The position numbers and the translations under genes were made by a program. From Escherichia coli (GTDB lineage Bacteria > Pseudomonadota > Gammaproteobacteria > Enterobacterales > Enterobacteriaceae), in the NCBI RefSeq assembly GCF_003334815.1, contig NZ_QOWO01000003.1: a stretch of DNA of 64,000 bases; one strand, 5' to 3'. The notes beneath the pieces are model-generated. The model was not told the origin of the DNA. It was given only the letters and a program-made list of their open reading frames with translations, and did no database searches. Within the stretch, counting starts at the first letter, position 1; each line of letters starts with the position of its first letter. Below, piece after piece: positions 14,742-24,645 of this stretch.

Positions 14742-16373
14742 GTGTTAACGCTGCTTCACCTGCTTTCTGCCGTCGCCCTGCTGGTCTGGGGGACTCATAT
14801 TGTTCGAACCGGCGTAATGCGCGTCTTCGGCGCGCGTTTGCGTACTGTCCTTAGCCGGAGCGTCGAAAAAAAGCCGCTCGCCTTTTGCGCGGGGATCGGC
14901 GTTACCGCACTGGTACAGAGCAGTAATGCCACCACCATGCTGGTGACCTCGTTTGTCGCTCAGGATCTGGTAGCCCTCGCACCGGCTCTGGTCATTGTGC
15001 TGGGTGCAGATGTCGGGACGGCGCTAATGGCGCGTATTCTCACCTTCGACTTATCCTGGCTGTCACCGTTACTTATTTTTATCGGCGTGATTTTTTTCCT
15101 CGGACGCAAACAGTCACGCGCCGGGCAACTGGGCCGCGTCGGTATTGGTCTTGGGCTGATTTTGCTAGCGCTGGAGTTGATTGTGCAGGCCGTAACGCCG
15201 ATCACCCAGGCAAACGGCGTTCAGGTGATCTTTGCCTCGCTGACCGGCGATATTCTGCTGGATGCGCTGATTGGCGCGATGTTCGCCATTATCAGCTACT
15301 CCAGCCTTGCTGCTGTACTGCTGACCGCGACTCTGACCGCCGCAGGCATTATCTCCTTCCCCGTGGCGCTCTGTCTGGTGATTGGTGCTAACCTCGGTTC
15401 CGGTCTGCTGGCAATGCTCAACAACAGTGCCGCCAATGCCGCAGCCCGCCGTGTCGCGCTGGGTAGTCTGCTGTTTAAGCTGGTGGGTAGCCTGATTATC
15501 CTGCCGTTTGTCCATTTGCTGGCAGAGACAATGGGGAAGTTGTCATTGCCAAAAGCGGAACTGGTGATCTATTTCCACGTCTTCTACAACCTTGTACGTT
15601 GCCTGGTCATGCTGCCATTTGTTGACCCGATGGCACGGTTTTGCAAAACGATTATTCGCGATGAACCGGAACTGGATACCCAGCTACGGCCTAAACATCT
15701 GGATGTCAGCGCGCTGGATACGCCCACGCTTGCTCTGGCGAACGCCGCGCGCGAAACCCTGCGCATTGGCGACGCCATGGAACAGATGATGGAAGGGTTG
15801 AATAAAGTGATGCACGGTGAGCCACGGCAGGAGAAAGAGCTGCGTAAGCTGGCAGATGATATCAACGTTCTCTACACCGCCATTAAGCTGTATCTGGCGC
15901 GGATGCCAAAAGAAGAGCTGGCGGAGGAAGAGTCGCGCCGCTGGGCAGAGATCATCGAAATGTCGCTCAACCTTGAACAGGCCTCCGATATCGTCGAGCG
16001 CATGGGCAGCGAAATTGCTGACAAATCACTGGCAGCACGGCGGGCATTTTCGCTTGATGGGTTGAAGGAACTGGATGCGCTCTATGAGCAATTGCTCAGT
16101 AATTTAAAGCTGGCAATGTCGGTGTTCTTCTCTGGCGATGTCACCAGCGCTCGTCGTTTGCGTCGCAGCAAACATCGTTTTCGCATTCTTAATCGCCGCT
16201 ATTCCCACGCCCACGTCGATCGCCTGCATCAGCAAAACGTGCAGAGCATTGAAACCAGTTCGCTACATTTAGGCTTACTGGGAGATATGCAGCGCCTGAA
16301 CTCGCTGTTTTGTTCGGTGGCTTACAGTGTGCTGGAACAGCCGGATGAAGATGAAGGACGGGACGAGTATTAA
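14742..16373 (+). CDS. yjbB: Na/Pi-cotransporter family protein YjbB (543 aa)
   Basis: GTG-initiated ORF with multiple transmembrane segments and a C-terminal PhoU-like region; recognised as YjbB. Confidence 0.88.
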   Translation: MLTLLHLLSAVALLVWGTHIVRTGVMRVFGARLRTVLSRSVEKKPLAFCAGIGVTALVQSSNATTMLVTSFVAQDLVALAPALVIVLGADVGTALMARILTFDLSWLSPLLIFIGVIFFLGRKQSRAGQLGRVGIGLGLILLALELIVQAVTPITQANGVQVIFASLTGDILLDALIGAMFAIISYSSLAAVLLTATLTAAGIISFPVALCLVIGANLGSGLLAMLNNSAANAAARRVALGSLLFKLVGSLIILPFVHLLAETMGKLSLPKAELVIYFHVFYNLVRCLVMLPFVDPMARFCKTIIRDEPELDTQLRPKHLDVSALDTPTLALANAARETLRIGDAMEQMMEGLNKVMHGEPRQEKELRKLADDINVLYTAIKLYLARMPKEELAEEESRRWAEIIEMSLNLEQASDIVERMGSEIADKSLAARRAFSLDGLKELDALYEQLLSNLKLAMSVFFSGDVTSARRLRRSKHRFRILNRRYSHAHVDRLHQQNVQSIETSSLHLGLLGDMQRLNSLFCSVAYSVLEQPDEDEGRDEY

Positions 16374-16384
16374 TATTGTGAATC

Positions 16385-16460
16385 CTGTAGGCCTGATAAG
16401 ACGCGTCAAGCGTCGCATCAGGCACTATGAACAAGATGCCGGATCATGCATCCGGCAATT
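16385..16460. repeat. REP element pair
   Basis: GTAGGCCTGATAAGACGCG...GCATCCGGCAAT palindromic units between convergent yjbB and pepE. Confidence 0.8.
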
Positions 16461-16463
16461 CAC

Positions 16464-17153
16464 TTAAAAACGGTGACCAGCTTCCAGCGGAACCGCTTCT
16501 TCACCAGCCTTAAACACATAAGTGGTGTTCGGGCCACCCAGCGTAGCGTGACCTTTACTCACTGTGATCCAGTTACCTTCCGGTAGACCAATAATCGTCA
16601 GTTCTGGCGCGACGACCAGCAGTTCGCGAATACGCTGCTCACGGGTTTCACCTTTATGGCCTTCCGGCAGCGCGTTGGTGAAGTGCGGGTTGATTTGCAG
16701 CGGGAACAGATTTAGCGCATCGAAACCTTGCGGATCGACAATCGGCATATCGTTGGTGGTACGAATAGTTGGGCAAGCAAGGTTAGCGCCTGCGCTCCAG
16801 CCAATATACAGAGCGCCACGTTTAACCACGTCAGTAATTGGTGCCAGCAGCCCGCGCTCGCGGCACTGTTTCAGCAACTGGAAAGTATTCCCGCCGCCGA
16901 CAATCACGATCTCAGCATTTTCAATCGCGGCAACGGGATCGACAACGCTATGAATACCGGTGACAGAAACACCCAGCGGAGCGAGAACCGCAGCCGTTTT
17001 CGCTGTGTAATCATCCCAGGTCTGCGTTACGCCAGCGAAAGGGATAAACACCGCTGAGCGGCGACCCTGCAACTGTTCAGCAATTAGCGGCAGTGCATGT
17101 TCCAGCCAGGCTTTACCCGGCAGCGTCGAGTTACTCAATAAAAGCAGTTCCAT
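16464..17153 (-). CDS. pepE: Peptidase E, alpha-aspartyl dipeptidase (229 aa)
   Basis: Product [25 protein letters not shown]... recognised as PepE (S51 peptidase). Confidence 0.93.
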
Positions 17154-17364
17154 TACTTCTCCGGTTAGTAAGAAATCACGGGAGGCATGCTACCACTGCG
17201 AATTTAACCACTTACTGACATGGCTCACGATGTCGCACATTGCTTCTGGAAAGTGATTTGAGCAGGTAACGAATTCAAGCCAATGGAAATAACAAATAGT
17301 TCGCTCATGACTATTTTTTATCAACCCAAAGGTACGGTATATTCCGTTTTTTACAGGAGAATTT

Positions 17365-18237
17365 ATGCTGCCCGACTCATCAGTCCGTTTAAATAAATAC
17401 ATCAGCGAAAGCGGAATTTGCTCACGCCGCGAAGCGGATCGCTATATCGAGCAAGGCAATGTGTTCCTTAATGGCAAGCGAGCCACCATTGGCGATCAGG
17501 TGAAACCCGGCGACGTTGTGAAAGTAAACGGTCAGTTGATTGAACCTCGGGAAGCCGAAGATTTGGTACTTATCGCCCTGAACAAGCCCGTTGGTATTGT
17601 AAGCACCACCGAAGATGGCGAGCGCGATAACATTGTCGATTTCGTTAACCACAGCAAACGCGTGTTCCCGATTGGCCGCCTGGATAAAGACTCCCAGGGG
17701 CTGATTTTCCTCACCAATCACGGCGATCTGGTGAATAAGATCCTGCGTGCTGGCAATGATCATGAGAAAGAGTATCTGGTGACGGTCGATAAACCGATTA
17801 CCGAGGAGTTTATTCGCGGCATGAGTGCGGGGGTGCCAATCCTCGGGACAGTGACCAAAAAGTGCAAAGTTAAAAAAGAAGCGCCGTTTGTCTTCCGCAT
17901 TACCCTGGTGCAGGGGCTGAACCGTCAGATCCGGCGCATGTGCGAGCATTTCGGCTATGAAGTGAAAAAGCTGGAACGCACGCGCATCATGAACGTTAGC
18001 TTAAGCGGCATTCCGCTGGGGGAATGGCGCGATTTAACCGACGATGAGTTAATCGACCTCTTTAAGCTCATTGAAAATTCCTCTTCCGAGGTAAAACCTA
18101 AAGCGAAGGCCAAACCGAAAACAGCGGGCATCAAACGTCCAGTCGTTAAGATGGAAAAAACGGCGGAAAAAGGCGGTCGCCCGGCGTCCAACGGTAAGCG
18201 TTTTACCTCGCCGGGGCGTAAAAAGAAGGGGCGCTGA
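17365..18237 (+). CDS. rluF: 23S rRNA pseudouridine synthase RluF (290 aa)
   Basis: S4 domain plus RsuA-family pseudouridine synthase core with a Lys-rich C-terminal tail. Confidence 0.92.
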
Positions 18238-18369
18238 TTAACGCCTCAGACTGATGAAAACGGCCCAAAAGTGCCCGGACAGTCCCCTCGCCCCTTCGGG
18301 AAAAGGGTTAGGGTGAGGGGAAAATTGTGTTCACACTGACGAGTGAAAATCTCAGGCGTTGATTGTGGA

Positions 18370-18642
18370 TTAGCGCCTGCCGCGCGTCGACGTATTTGCT
18401 GACCAGCTAAATGACGCTTCAGGATCCGGTTTATAAGCCTGCTTTTTCTTCAACTGGCGGGCTTTTTTCGCTTCAGCCTCACGCTCAACCATTAATTTAT
18501 CGATGTAATCTTTCTTAATGCTGTTGGTTTCGGAGTTGGTCAATACGCGACCATGCGCAATCCGCGCCCGATCCAGCAGTGTTTTAAGTTCACGCTGCTC
18601 GCGTTCAGTCATCTCTTTTTGGGTAATACGGGGGAGTGCCAT
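18370..18642 (-). CDS. yjbD: Uncharacterized protein YjbD (90 aa)
   Basis: Small ORF product MALPRITQKEMTEREQRELK...; recognised as YjbD by sequence and position. Confidence 0.8.
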   Translation of the reverse strand: MALPRITQKEMTEREQRELKTLLDRARIAHGRVLTNSETNSIKKDYIDKLMVEREAEAKKARQLKKKQAYKPDPEASFSWSANTSTRGRR

Positions 18643-18894
18643 GATGGTGCCCTCAGTGAGCCAGAGAGTTCAGTGTACGGGAATTCGTTTGCGAGCAGAA
18701 CTGATAATATTCATTTTGCCTTCTCTTAACTATTTATCTCTTTCGATAATTAATTAGAGATGCAGATAAAAAAATTAAAGGCAATTATTCTCCGATAAAG
18801 ACGCTGGTTAACAGAGTACAGGCTCGTTTATTGATGAGCATAGTGACAAGAAAATCAATACGGCCCGAAATATAGCTTCCAGGCCATACAGTAT

Positions 18895-20244
18895 TTACTC
18901 AAACAAATTACTATGCAGTTTTTGCACCACCTGCTCGGCATCTTCGCCGGGCACCAGGAAGCACAGGTTATGGCTGGATGCGCCATAACAAATCATGCGA
19001 ATGTTGAACGGTTCCAGTACGCCGAATACCTCTTTGCCAACGCCGCAGGCTTTTGACAGGTCATTGCCAATCAACGCGACCAGCGCCAGACCTTCTTCCA
19101 CCTCCACCCGACACAGTGCGGAAAGCTCCATCAGCAGAGATTGCGTCAGCAACGTATCGCCAGTGGAGGTTGAACCGGTGGTATCAAGGGTTAATGCCAC
19201 GCTCACTTCTGACGTGGTGATTAAGTCTACCGAAATATTATGCCGCGCGAGGATGCCGAAAACTTCCGCGAGGAAACCGCGAGAATGCAGCATATTCAGG
19301 CTGTGCAAAGTGAGCAGAGTCTGATTGCGACGAAGCGCCAGAGCGCGGAACAGCGGCGGATTTTCAGTTTTATTGCACACCAGCGTACCACCTGCGCGTG
19401 GGTCTTTGCTGGAGCCGACAAAGACCGGGATATCGCTGCGTACTGCGGGTAGCAACGTTGCCGGATGCAGTACTTTTGCACCAAAAGTTGCCATCTCTGC
19501 CGCTTCGGCAAACGCGATTTCATCAATGCGTTTTGCTGCGGAAACTACGCGTGGATCGGTGGTGTAGATGCCCGGAACGTCGGTCCAGATATCAACACGA
19601 GATGCGTGTAAAGCCTCCGCCAGCAAGGCTGCCGTATAATCGCTGCCTCCACGGCCAAGCGTCGTTGTACGACCTTTATTTTCGCTACCGATAAATCCCT
19701 GGGTGATCACTAAGCCTTCATTGAGACGTGGGAGCAGCTGCAGCGCGGCCAGTTCCGCCAGCGCGGCTATATCTGGCTCTGCACGACCAAATCGGTCGTT
19801 GGTACGCATCACTTTACGTACATCAAACCACTGTGCCTGAACATCGCGTTCGCGCAGGATCTCAACAAACAGCAGGGTCGACATCAGCTCGCCGTGGCTG
19901 ACCAGCTCATCTGTCAGCGCCGGAGACGTTGCCAGCGCCGCCGCTTCTGCCAGAACAGTAATGTTCTCCAGCAGACGTTCAATCTCTTCACGGATAACGT
20001 TCGGGTAACGCAGACGTTCCAGAATGGCAAACTGGATGTTGCGGATAGCGTCGAGTTTTTCGAATCGCTCGCCAGGTTCCAGTCCTTCAGCTAAAGCGAC
20101 CAGCAGATTAGTGATACCAGCAGAAGCCGAGAGGACAACTAAACGCACGTTGGCATCAGAAAGCACAATATCAGCGCTGCGGTTCATGGCGTCAAAATCA
20201 GCTACGCTGGTACCGCCAAATTTGGAGACAACAATTTCAGACAT
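18895..20244 (-). CDS. lysC: Lysine-sensitive aspartokinase III (449 aa)
   Basis: Product MSEIVVSKFGGTSVADFDAMNRSADIVL...; aspartokinase fold with C-terminal ACT domains. Confidence 0.95.
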   Translation of the reverse strand: MSEIVVSKFGGTSVADFDAMNRSADIVLSDANVRLVVLSASAGITNLLVALAEGLEPGERFEKLDAIRNIQFAILERLRYPNVIREEIERLLENITVLAEAAALATSPALTDELVSHGELMSTLLFVEILRERDVQAQWFDVRKVMRTNDRFGRAEPDIAALAELAALQLLPRLNEGLVITQGFIGSENKGRTTTLGRGGSDYTAALLAEALHASRVDIWTDVPGIYTTDPRVVSAAKRIDEIAFAEAAEMATFGAKVLHPATLLPAVRSDIPVFVGSSKDPRAGGTLVCNKTENPPLFRALALRRNQTLLTLHSLNMLHSRGFLAEVFGILARHNISVDLITTSEVSVALTLDTTGSTSTGDTLLTQSLLMELSALCRVEVEEGLALVALIGNDLSKACGVGKEVFGVLEPFNIRMICYGASSHNLCFLVPGEDAEQVVQKLHSNLFE

Positions 20245-20261
20245 AACTACCTCGTGTCAGG

Positions 20262-20530
20262 GGATCCATTTTCAGCCTTGGCACAAGGGAAGAGCGGAAG
20301 ACGGGTGGGCGCAGAGCGATACTTCGCTACTATTTTCACCCAGAAGTGCTCCACCACTTGCGAAACGCCCGACTGCGAACGCTTCTGGTGACAACCCAGG
20401 GGATTCAGCCCCTGTAGCCGATGATGAACGTGGCCAGCCGTTCAATCACCTCGGCGATGCACCCCCTCAGGTGTTATCACAGGACTGGCTCCTCCAACAC
20501 CGTTACTTGGGCAACGCGCCTCTTCTGGCC
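20262..20530 (-). ncRNA. Lysine riboswitch (L box) in the lysC 5' leader
   Basis: Long structured leader upstream of lysC on the minus strand; the reverse complement contains conserved L-box-like segments (e.g. GAGGCGCGTTGCCCAAGTAACGGTGTTGGAGGAGCCAGTCCTGTGATAACACCTGAGGGGGTGCATCGCCGAGGTGATTGAACGGCTGGCCACG). Confidence 0.75.
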
Positions 20531-20768
20531 TGCGCTAGCGCAGGTAGTACATTTATAAATAAAGGGTGAGCGGGGCGGTTGTCAACGATGGGGTCATGCG
20601 GATTTTTCATCCACTCCTGGCGGTCAGTAGTTCAGCTAATAAATGCTTCACTGCGCTAAGGGTTTACACTCAACATTACGCTAACGGCACTAAAACCATC
20701 ACATTTTTCTGTGACTGGCGCTACAATCTTCCAAAGTCACAATTCTCAAAATCAGAAGAGTATTGCTA

Positions 20769-22418
20769 ATGAAAAACATCAATCCAACGCAGACCGCTGC
20801 CTGGCAGGCACTACAGAAACACTTCGATGAAATGAAAGACGTTACGATCGCCGATCTTTTTGCTAAAGACGGCGATCGTTTTTCTAAGTTCTCCGCAACC
20901 TTCGACGATCAGATGCTGGTGGATTACTCCAAAAACCGCATCACTGAAGAGACGCTGGCGAAATTACAGGATCTGGCGAAAGAGTGCGATCTGGCGGGCG
21001 CGATTAAGTCGATGTTCTCTGGCGAGAAGATCAACCGCACTGAAAACCGCGCCGTGCTGCACGTAGCGCTGCGTAACCGTAGCAATACCCCGATTTTGGT
21101 TGATGGCAAAGACGTAATGCCGGAAGTCAACGCGGTGCTGGAGAAGATGAAAACCTTCTCAGAAGCGATTATTTCCGGTGAGTGGAAAGGTTATACCGGC
21201 AAAGCAATCACTGACGTAGTGAACATCGGGATCGGCGGTTCTGACCTCGGCCCATACATGGTGACCGAAGCTCTGCGTCCGTACAAAAACCACCTGAACA
21301 TGCACTTTGTTTCTAACGTCGATGGGACTCACATCGCGGAAGTGCTGAAAAAAGTAAACCCGGAAACCACGCTGTTCCTGGTAGCATCTAAAACCTTCAC
21401 CACTCAGGAAACTATGACCAACGCCCATAGCGCGCGTGACTGGTTCCTGAAAGCGGCAGGTGATGAAAAACACGTTGCAAAACACTTTGCGGCGCTTTCC
21501 ACCAATGCCAAAGCCGTTGGCGAGTTTGGTATTGATACTGCCAACATGTTCGAGTTCTGGGACTGGGTTGGCGGCCGTTACTCTTTGTGGTCAGCGATTG
21601 GCCTGTCGATTGTTCTCTCCATCGGCTTTGATAACTTCGTTGAACTGCTTTCCGGCGCACACGCGATGGACAAGCATTTCTCCACCACGCCTGCCGAGAA
21701 AAACCTGCCTGTACTGCTGGCGCTGATTGGCATCTGGTACAACAATTTCTTTGGTGCGGAAACTGAAGCGATTCTGCCGTATGACCAGTATATGCACCGT
21801 TTCGCGGCGTACTTCCAGCAGGGCAATATGGAGTCCAACGGTAAGTATGTTGACCGTAACGGTAACGTTGTGGATTACCAGACTGGCCCGATTATCTGGG
21901 GTGAACCAGGCACTAACGGTCAGCACGCGTTCTACCAGCTGATCCACCAGGGAACCAAAATGGTACCGTGCGATTTCATCGCTCCGGCTATCACCCATAA
22001 CCCGCTCTCTGATCATCACCAGAAACTGCTGTCTAACTTCTTCGCCCAGACCGAAGCGCTGGCGTTTGGTAAATCCCGCGAAGTGGTTGAGCAGGAATAT
22101 CGTGATCAGGGTAAAGATCCGGCAACGCTTGACTACGTGGTGCCGTTCAAAGTATTCGAAGGTAACCGCCCGACCAACTCCATCCTGCTGCGTGAAATCA
22201 CTCCGTTCAGCCTGGGTGCGTTGATTGCGCTGTATGAGCACAAAATCTTTACTCAGGGCGTGATCCTGAACATCTTCACCTTCGACCAGTGGGGCGTGGA
22301 ACTGGGTAAACAGCTGGCGAACCGTATTCTGCCAGAGCTGAAAGATGATAAAGAAATCAGCAGCCACGATAGCTCGACCAATGGTCTGATTAACCGCTAT
22401 AAAGCGTGGCGCGGTTAA
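20769..22418 (+). CDS. pgi: Glucose-6-phosphate isomerase (549 aa)
   Basis: ORF 20763..22418; ATG at 20769 gives [19 protein letters not shown]...; phosphoglucose isomerase signatures present. Confidence 0.95.
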
Positions 22419-22421
22419 TCA

Positions 22422-22512
22422 TCGTCGATATGTAGGCCGGATAAGGCGTTCACGCCGCATCCGGCAACCGATGCCTGATGCGACGCGGTCGCGTCTTATC
22501 AGGCCTACAGGT
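22422..22512. repeat. REP element pair
   Basis: GTAGGCCGGATAAGGCGTTCACGCCGCATCCGGCAA ... GCGTCTTATCAGGCCTACA palindromic units. Confidence 0.85.
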
Positions 22513-22582
22513 CGATGCCGATATGTACATCGTATTCGGCAATTAATACATAGCACGATTGATTAAATAACCTTAATAACAA

Positions 22583-22610
22583 TGCCGACGTTATGTCGGC
22601 ATTTTTTTAT
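22583..22610 (+). terminator. Rho-independent terminator downstream of pgi
   Basis: Hairpin TGCCGACGTTATGTCGGCA followed by TTTTTTTAT. Confidence 0.75.
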
Positions 22611-22916
22611 CAGATAAATCCCCTTGTCTGTGATTTAACGGAAATCATACCATGAGGTTAATCCTAAAATAGATTTTTAATCGTTGTTTATTTCGGAAAA
22701 TACGCAGATTAATTGCTTTTGTTTTTATTTTAAGTTTATGATTTTTATTGTTATTTAAATATAAGTTGAAACTTATATTTGATATTCATTCCAATTATCC
22801 TAAAACGCCATCGCTAATTCCCCGCGCCGTAATTCGCATGCTTTAGTTGTGTATACTCGATCCCGCCCGAAATGTTTTTGGGTAAATCTCCATTCATTCA
22901 ATGAAGGGAAATTGTT

Positions 22917-23159
22917 ATGAAAAAAGTTCTGTATGGCATTTTTGCCATATCTGCGCTTGCGGCGACTTCTGCGTGGGCTGCACCTGTACAGGTGGGCGAA
23001 GCGGCAGGGTCGGCAGCAACGTCGGTTTCGGCGGGGAGTTCCTCCGCGACCAGCGTCAGCACCGTAAGCTCGGCGGTGGGTGTCGCGCTTGCGGCAACCG
23101 GTGGCGGTGATGGTTCTAATACCGGGACCACCACAACCACGACCACCAGTACCCAGTAA
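22917..23159 (+). CDS. yjbE: Secreted Ser/Thr/Gly-rich small protein YjbE (80 aa)
   Basis: Signal peptide [21 protein letters not shown] followed by a low-complexity S/A/T/G-rich region ending in a poly-Thr run; first gene of yjbEFGH. Confidence 0.85.
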
Positions 23160-23272
23160 TAAAGTATGTATCCCCAAAATAATTCGAGTCATTGCATCTG
23201 TGGCTAGAAGTATGAAGGGATTAACCATAACCACACTCCGGTGTGGTTATTCTGCCCCTCTGGAGAAGAGTC

Positions 23273-23911
23273 GTGAAGCGACCTGCACTCATTCTTATCT
23301 GCCTGTTATTACAGGCCTGTTCAGCCACGACTAAAGAGCTGGGCAATTCACTGTGGGACAGTCTGTTCGGCACGCCAGGCGTACAGCTGACGGATGATGA
23401 TATTCAAAATATGCCCTACGCCAGCCAGTACATGCAGCTTAATGGCGGGCCGCAGTTATTTGTGGTGCTGGCCTTCGCTGAAGACGGACAACAAAAATGG
23501 GTCACTCAGGATCAGGCTACTCTCGTTACCCAACATGGCCGTCTGGTGAAGACTCTGCTCGGCGGCGACAACCTGATTGAAGTGAATAACCTTGCTGCCG
23601 ACCCGCTGATTAAACCCGCACAAATCGTTGATGGCGCAAGCTGGACGCGCACGATGGGCTGGACCGAGTACCAGCAGGTACGCTACGCCACCGCACGCTC
23701 AGTCTTCAAATGGGATGGCACCGATACCGTCAAAGTCGGCAGCGATGAAACCCCGGTTCGCGTGCTGGACGAAGAAGTCTCCACCGACCAGGCGCGCTGG
23801 CATAACCGCTATTGGATCGACAGCGAAGGGCAAATTCGCCAGTCGGAACAGTATCTCGGCGCGGATTATTTTCCGGTGAAAACCACTCTCATCAAGGCGG
23901 CAAAACAATGA
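23273..23911 (+). CDS. yjbF: Lipoprotein YjbF (212 aa)
   Basis: ORF 23243..23911; GTG at 23273 gives VKRPALILICLLLQACSATT (lipobox LLQAC); stop overlaps the yjbG start. Confidence 0.8.
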   Translation: MKRPALILICLLLQACSATTKELGNSLWDSLFGTPGVQLTDDDIQNMPYASQYMQLNGGPQLFVVLAFAEDGQQKWVTQDQATLVTQHGRLVKTLLGGDNLIEVNNLAADPLIKPAQIVDGASWTRTMGWTEYQQVRYATARSVFKWDGTDTVKVGSDETPVRVLDEEVSTDQARWHNRYWIDSEGQIRQSEQYLGADYFPVKTTLIKAAKQ

Positions 23912-24645
23912 TTAAACAAACTATTGTCGCGTTGCTTTTGAGTGTGGGAGCGTCATCGGTCTTCGCGGCAGGAACCGTCAAGGTGTTCAGCAATGGCAGC
24001 AGTGAGGCCAAAACGCTAACGGGCGCAGAGCATTTAATCGATCTGGTAGGCCAACCGCGGCTGGCAAACAGCTGGTGGCCCGGTGCGGTGATTAGCGAAG
24101 AGCTGGCAACGGCGGCAGCATTGCGTCAGCAGCAGGCGTTGCTGACACGGCTGGCAGAACAGGGCGCAGATTCCAGCGCCGACGATGCCGCTGCGATTAA
24201 CGCCTTACGCCAGCAAATTCAGGCGTTGAAAGTGACGGGCAGGCAAAAAATCAATCTTGATCCCGATATCGTCCGCGTTGCCGAACGCGGTAACCCGCCG
24301 TTGCAGGGCAACTACACGCTGTGGGTCGGACCACCGCCGTCCACGGTCACGTTGTTCGGGCTTATCAGCCGTCCTGGCAAGCAGCCATTCACTCCAGGTC
24401 GCGACGTGGCGAGCTATCTCTCTGACCAGAGCCTGCTCAGCGGTGCGGATCGCAGCTACGCGTGGGTGGTTTACCCGGACGGACGCACGCAAAAAGCGCC
24501 GGTGGCTTACTGGAACAAGCGTCACGTAGAGCCGATGCCCGGCAGCATTATTTATGTTGGCCTCGCGGACTCCGTCTGGAGTGAGACGCCTGATGCCCTT
24601 AACGCCGACATTCTTCAGACTCTGACGCAGCGGATACCTCAATAA
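23908..24645 (+). CDS. yjbG: Periplasmic protein YjbG (245 aa)
   Basis: ATG at 23908 gives [20 protein letters not shown] (signal peptide); translationally coupled to yjbF and yjbH. Confidence 0.8.
   Translation: MIKQTIVALLLSVGASSVFAAGTVKVFSNGSSEAKTLTGAEHLIDLVGQPRLANSWWPGAVISEELATAAALRQQQALLTRLAEQGADSSADDAAAINALRQQIQALKVTGRQKINLDPDIVRVAERGNPPLQGNYTLWVGPPPSTVTLFGLISRPGKQPFTPGRDVASYLSDQSLLSGADRSYAWVVYPDGRTQKAPVAYWNKRHVEPMPGSIIYVGLADSVWSETPDALNADILQTLTQRIPQ

Noticed and set aside
21591-22367. 258-aa antisense ORF inside pgi
   Set aside because: It is fully embedded opposite pgi, and its product is Arg/Val-rich with no motif. This is a typical antisense artefact.
22898-23146. 82-aa minus-strand ORF ([16 protein letters not shown]...) opposite yjbE
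   Set aside because: It is the antisense reading of the low-complexity Thr/Ser/Ala-rich yjbE sequence. The plus-strand product has a proper signal peptide and operon context.
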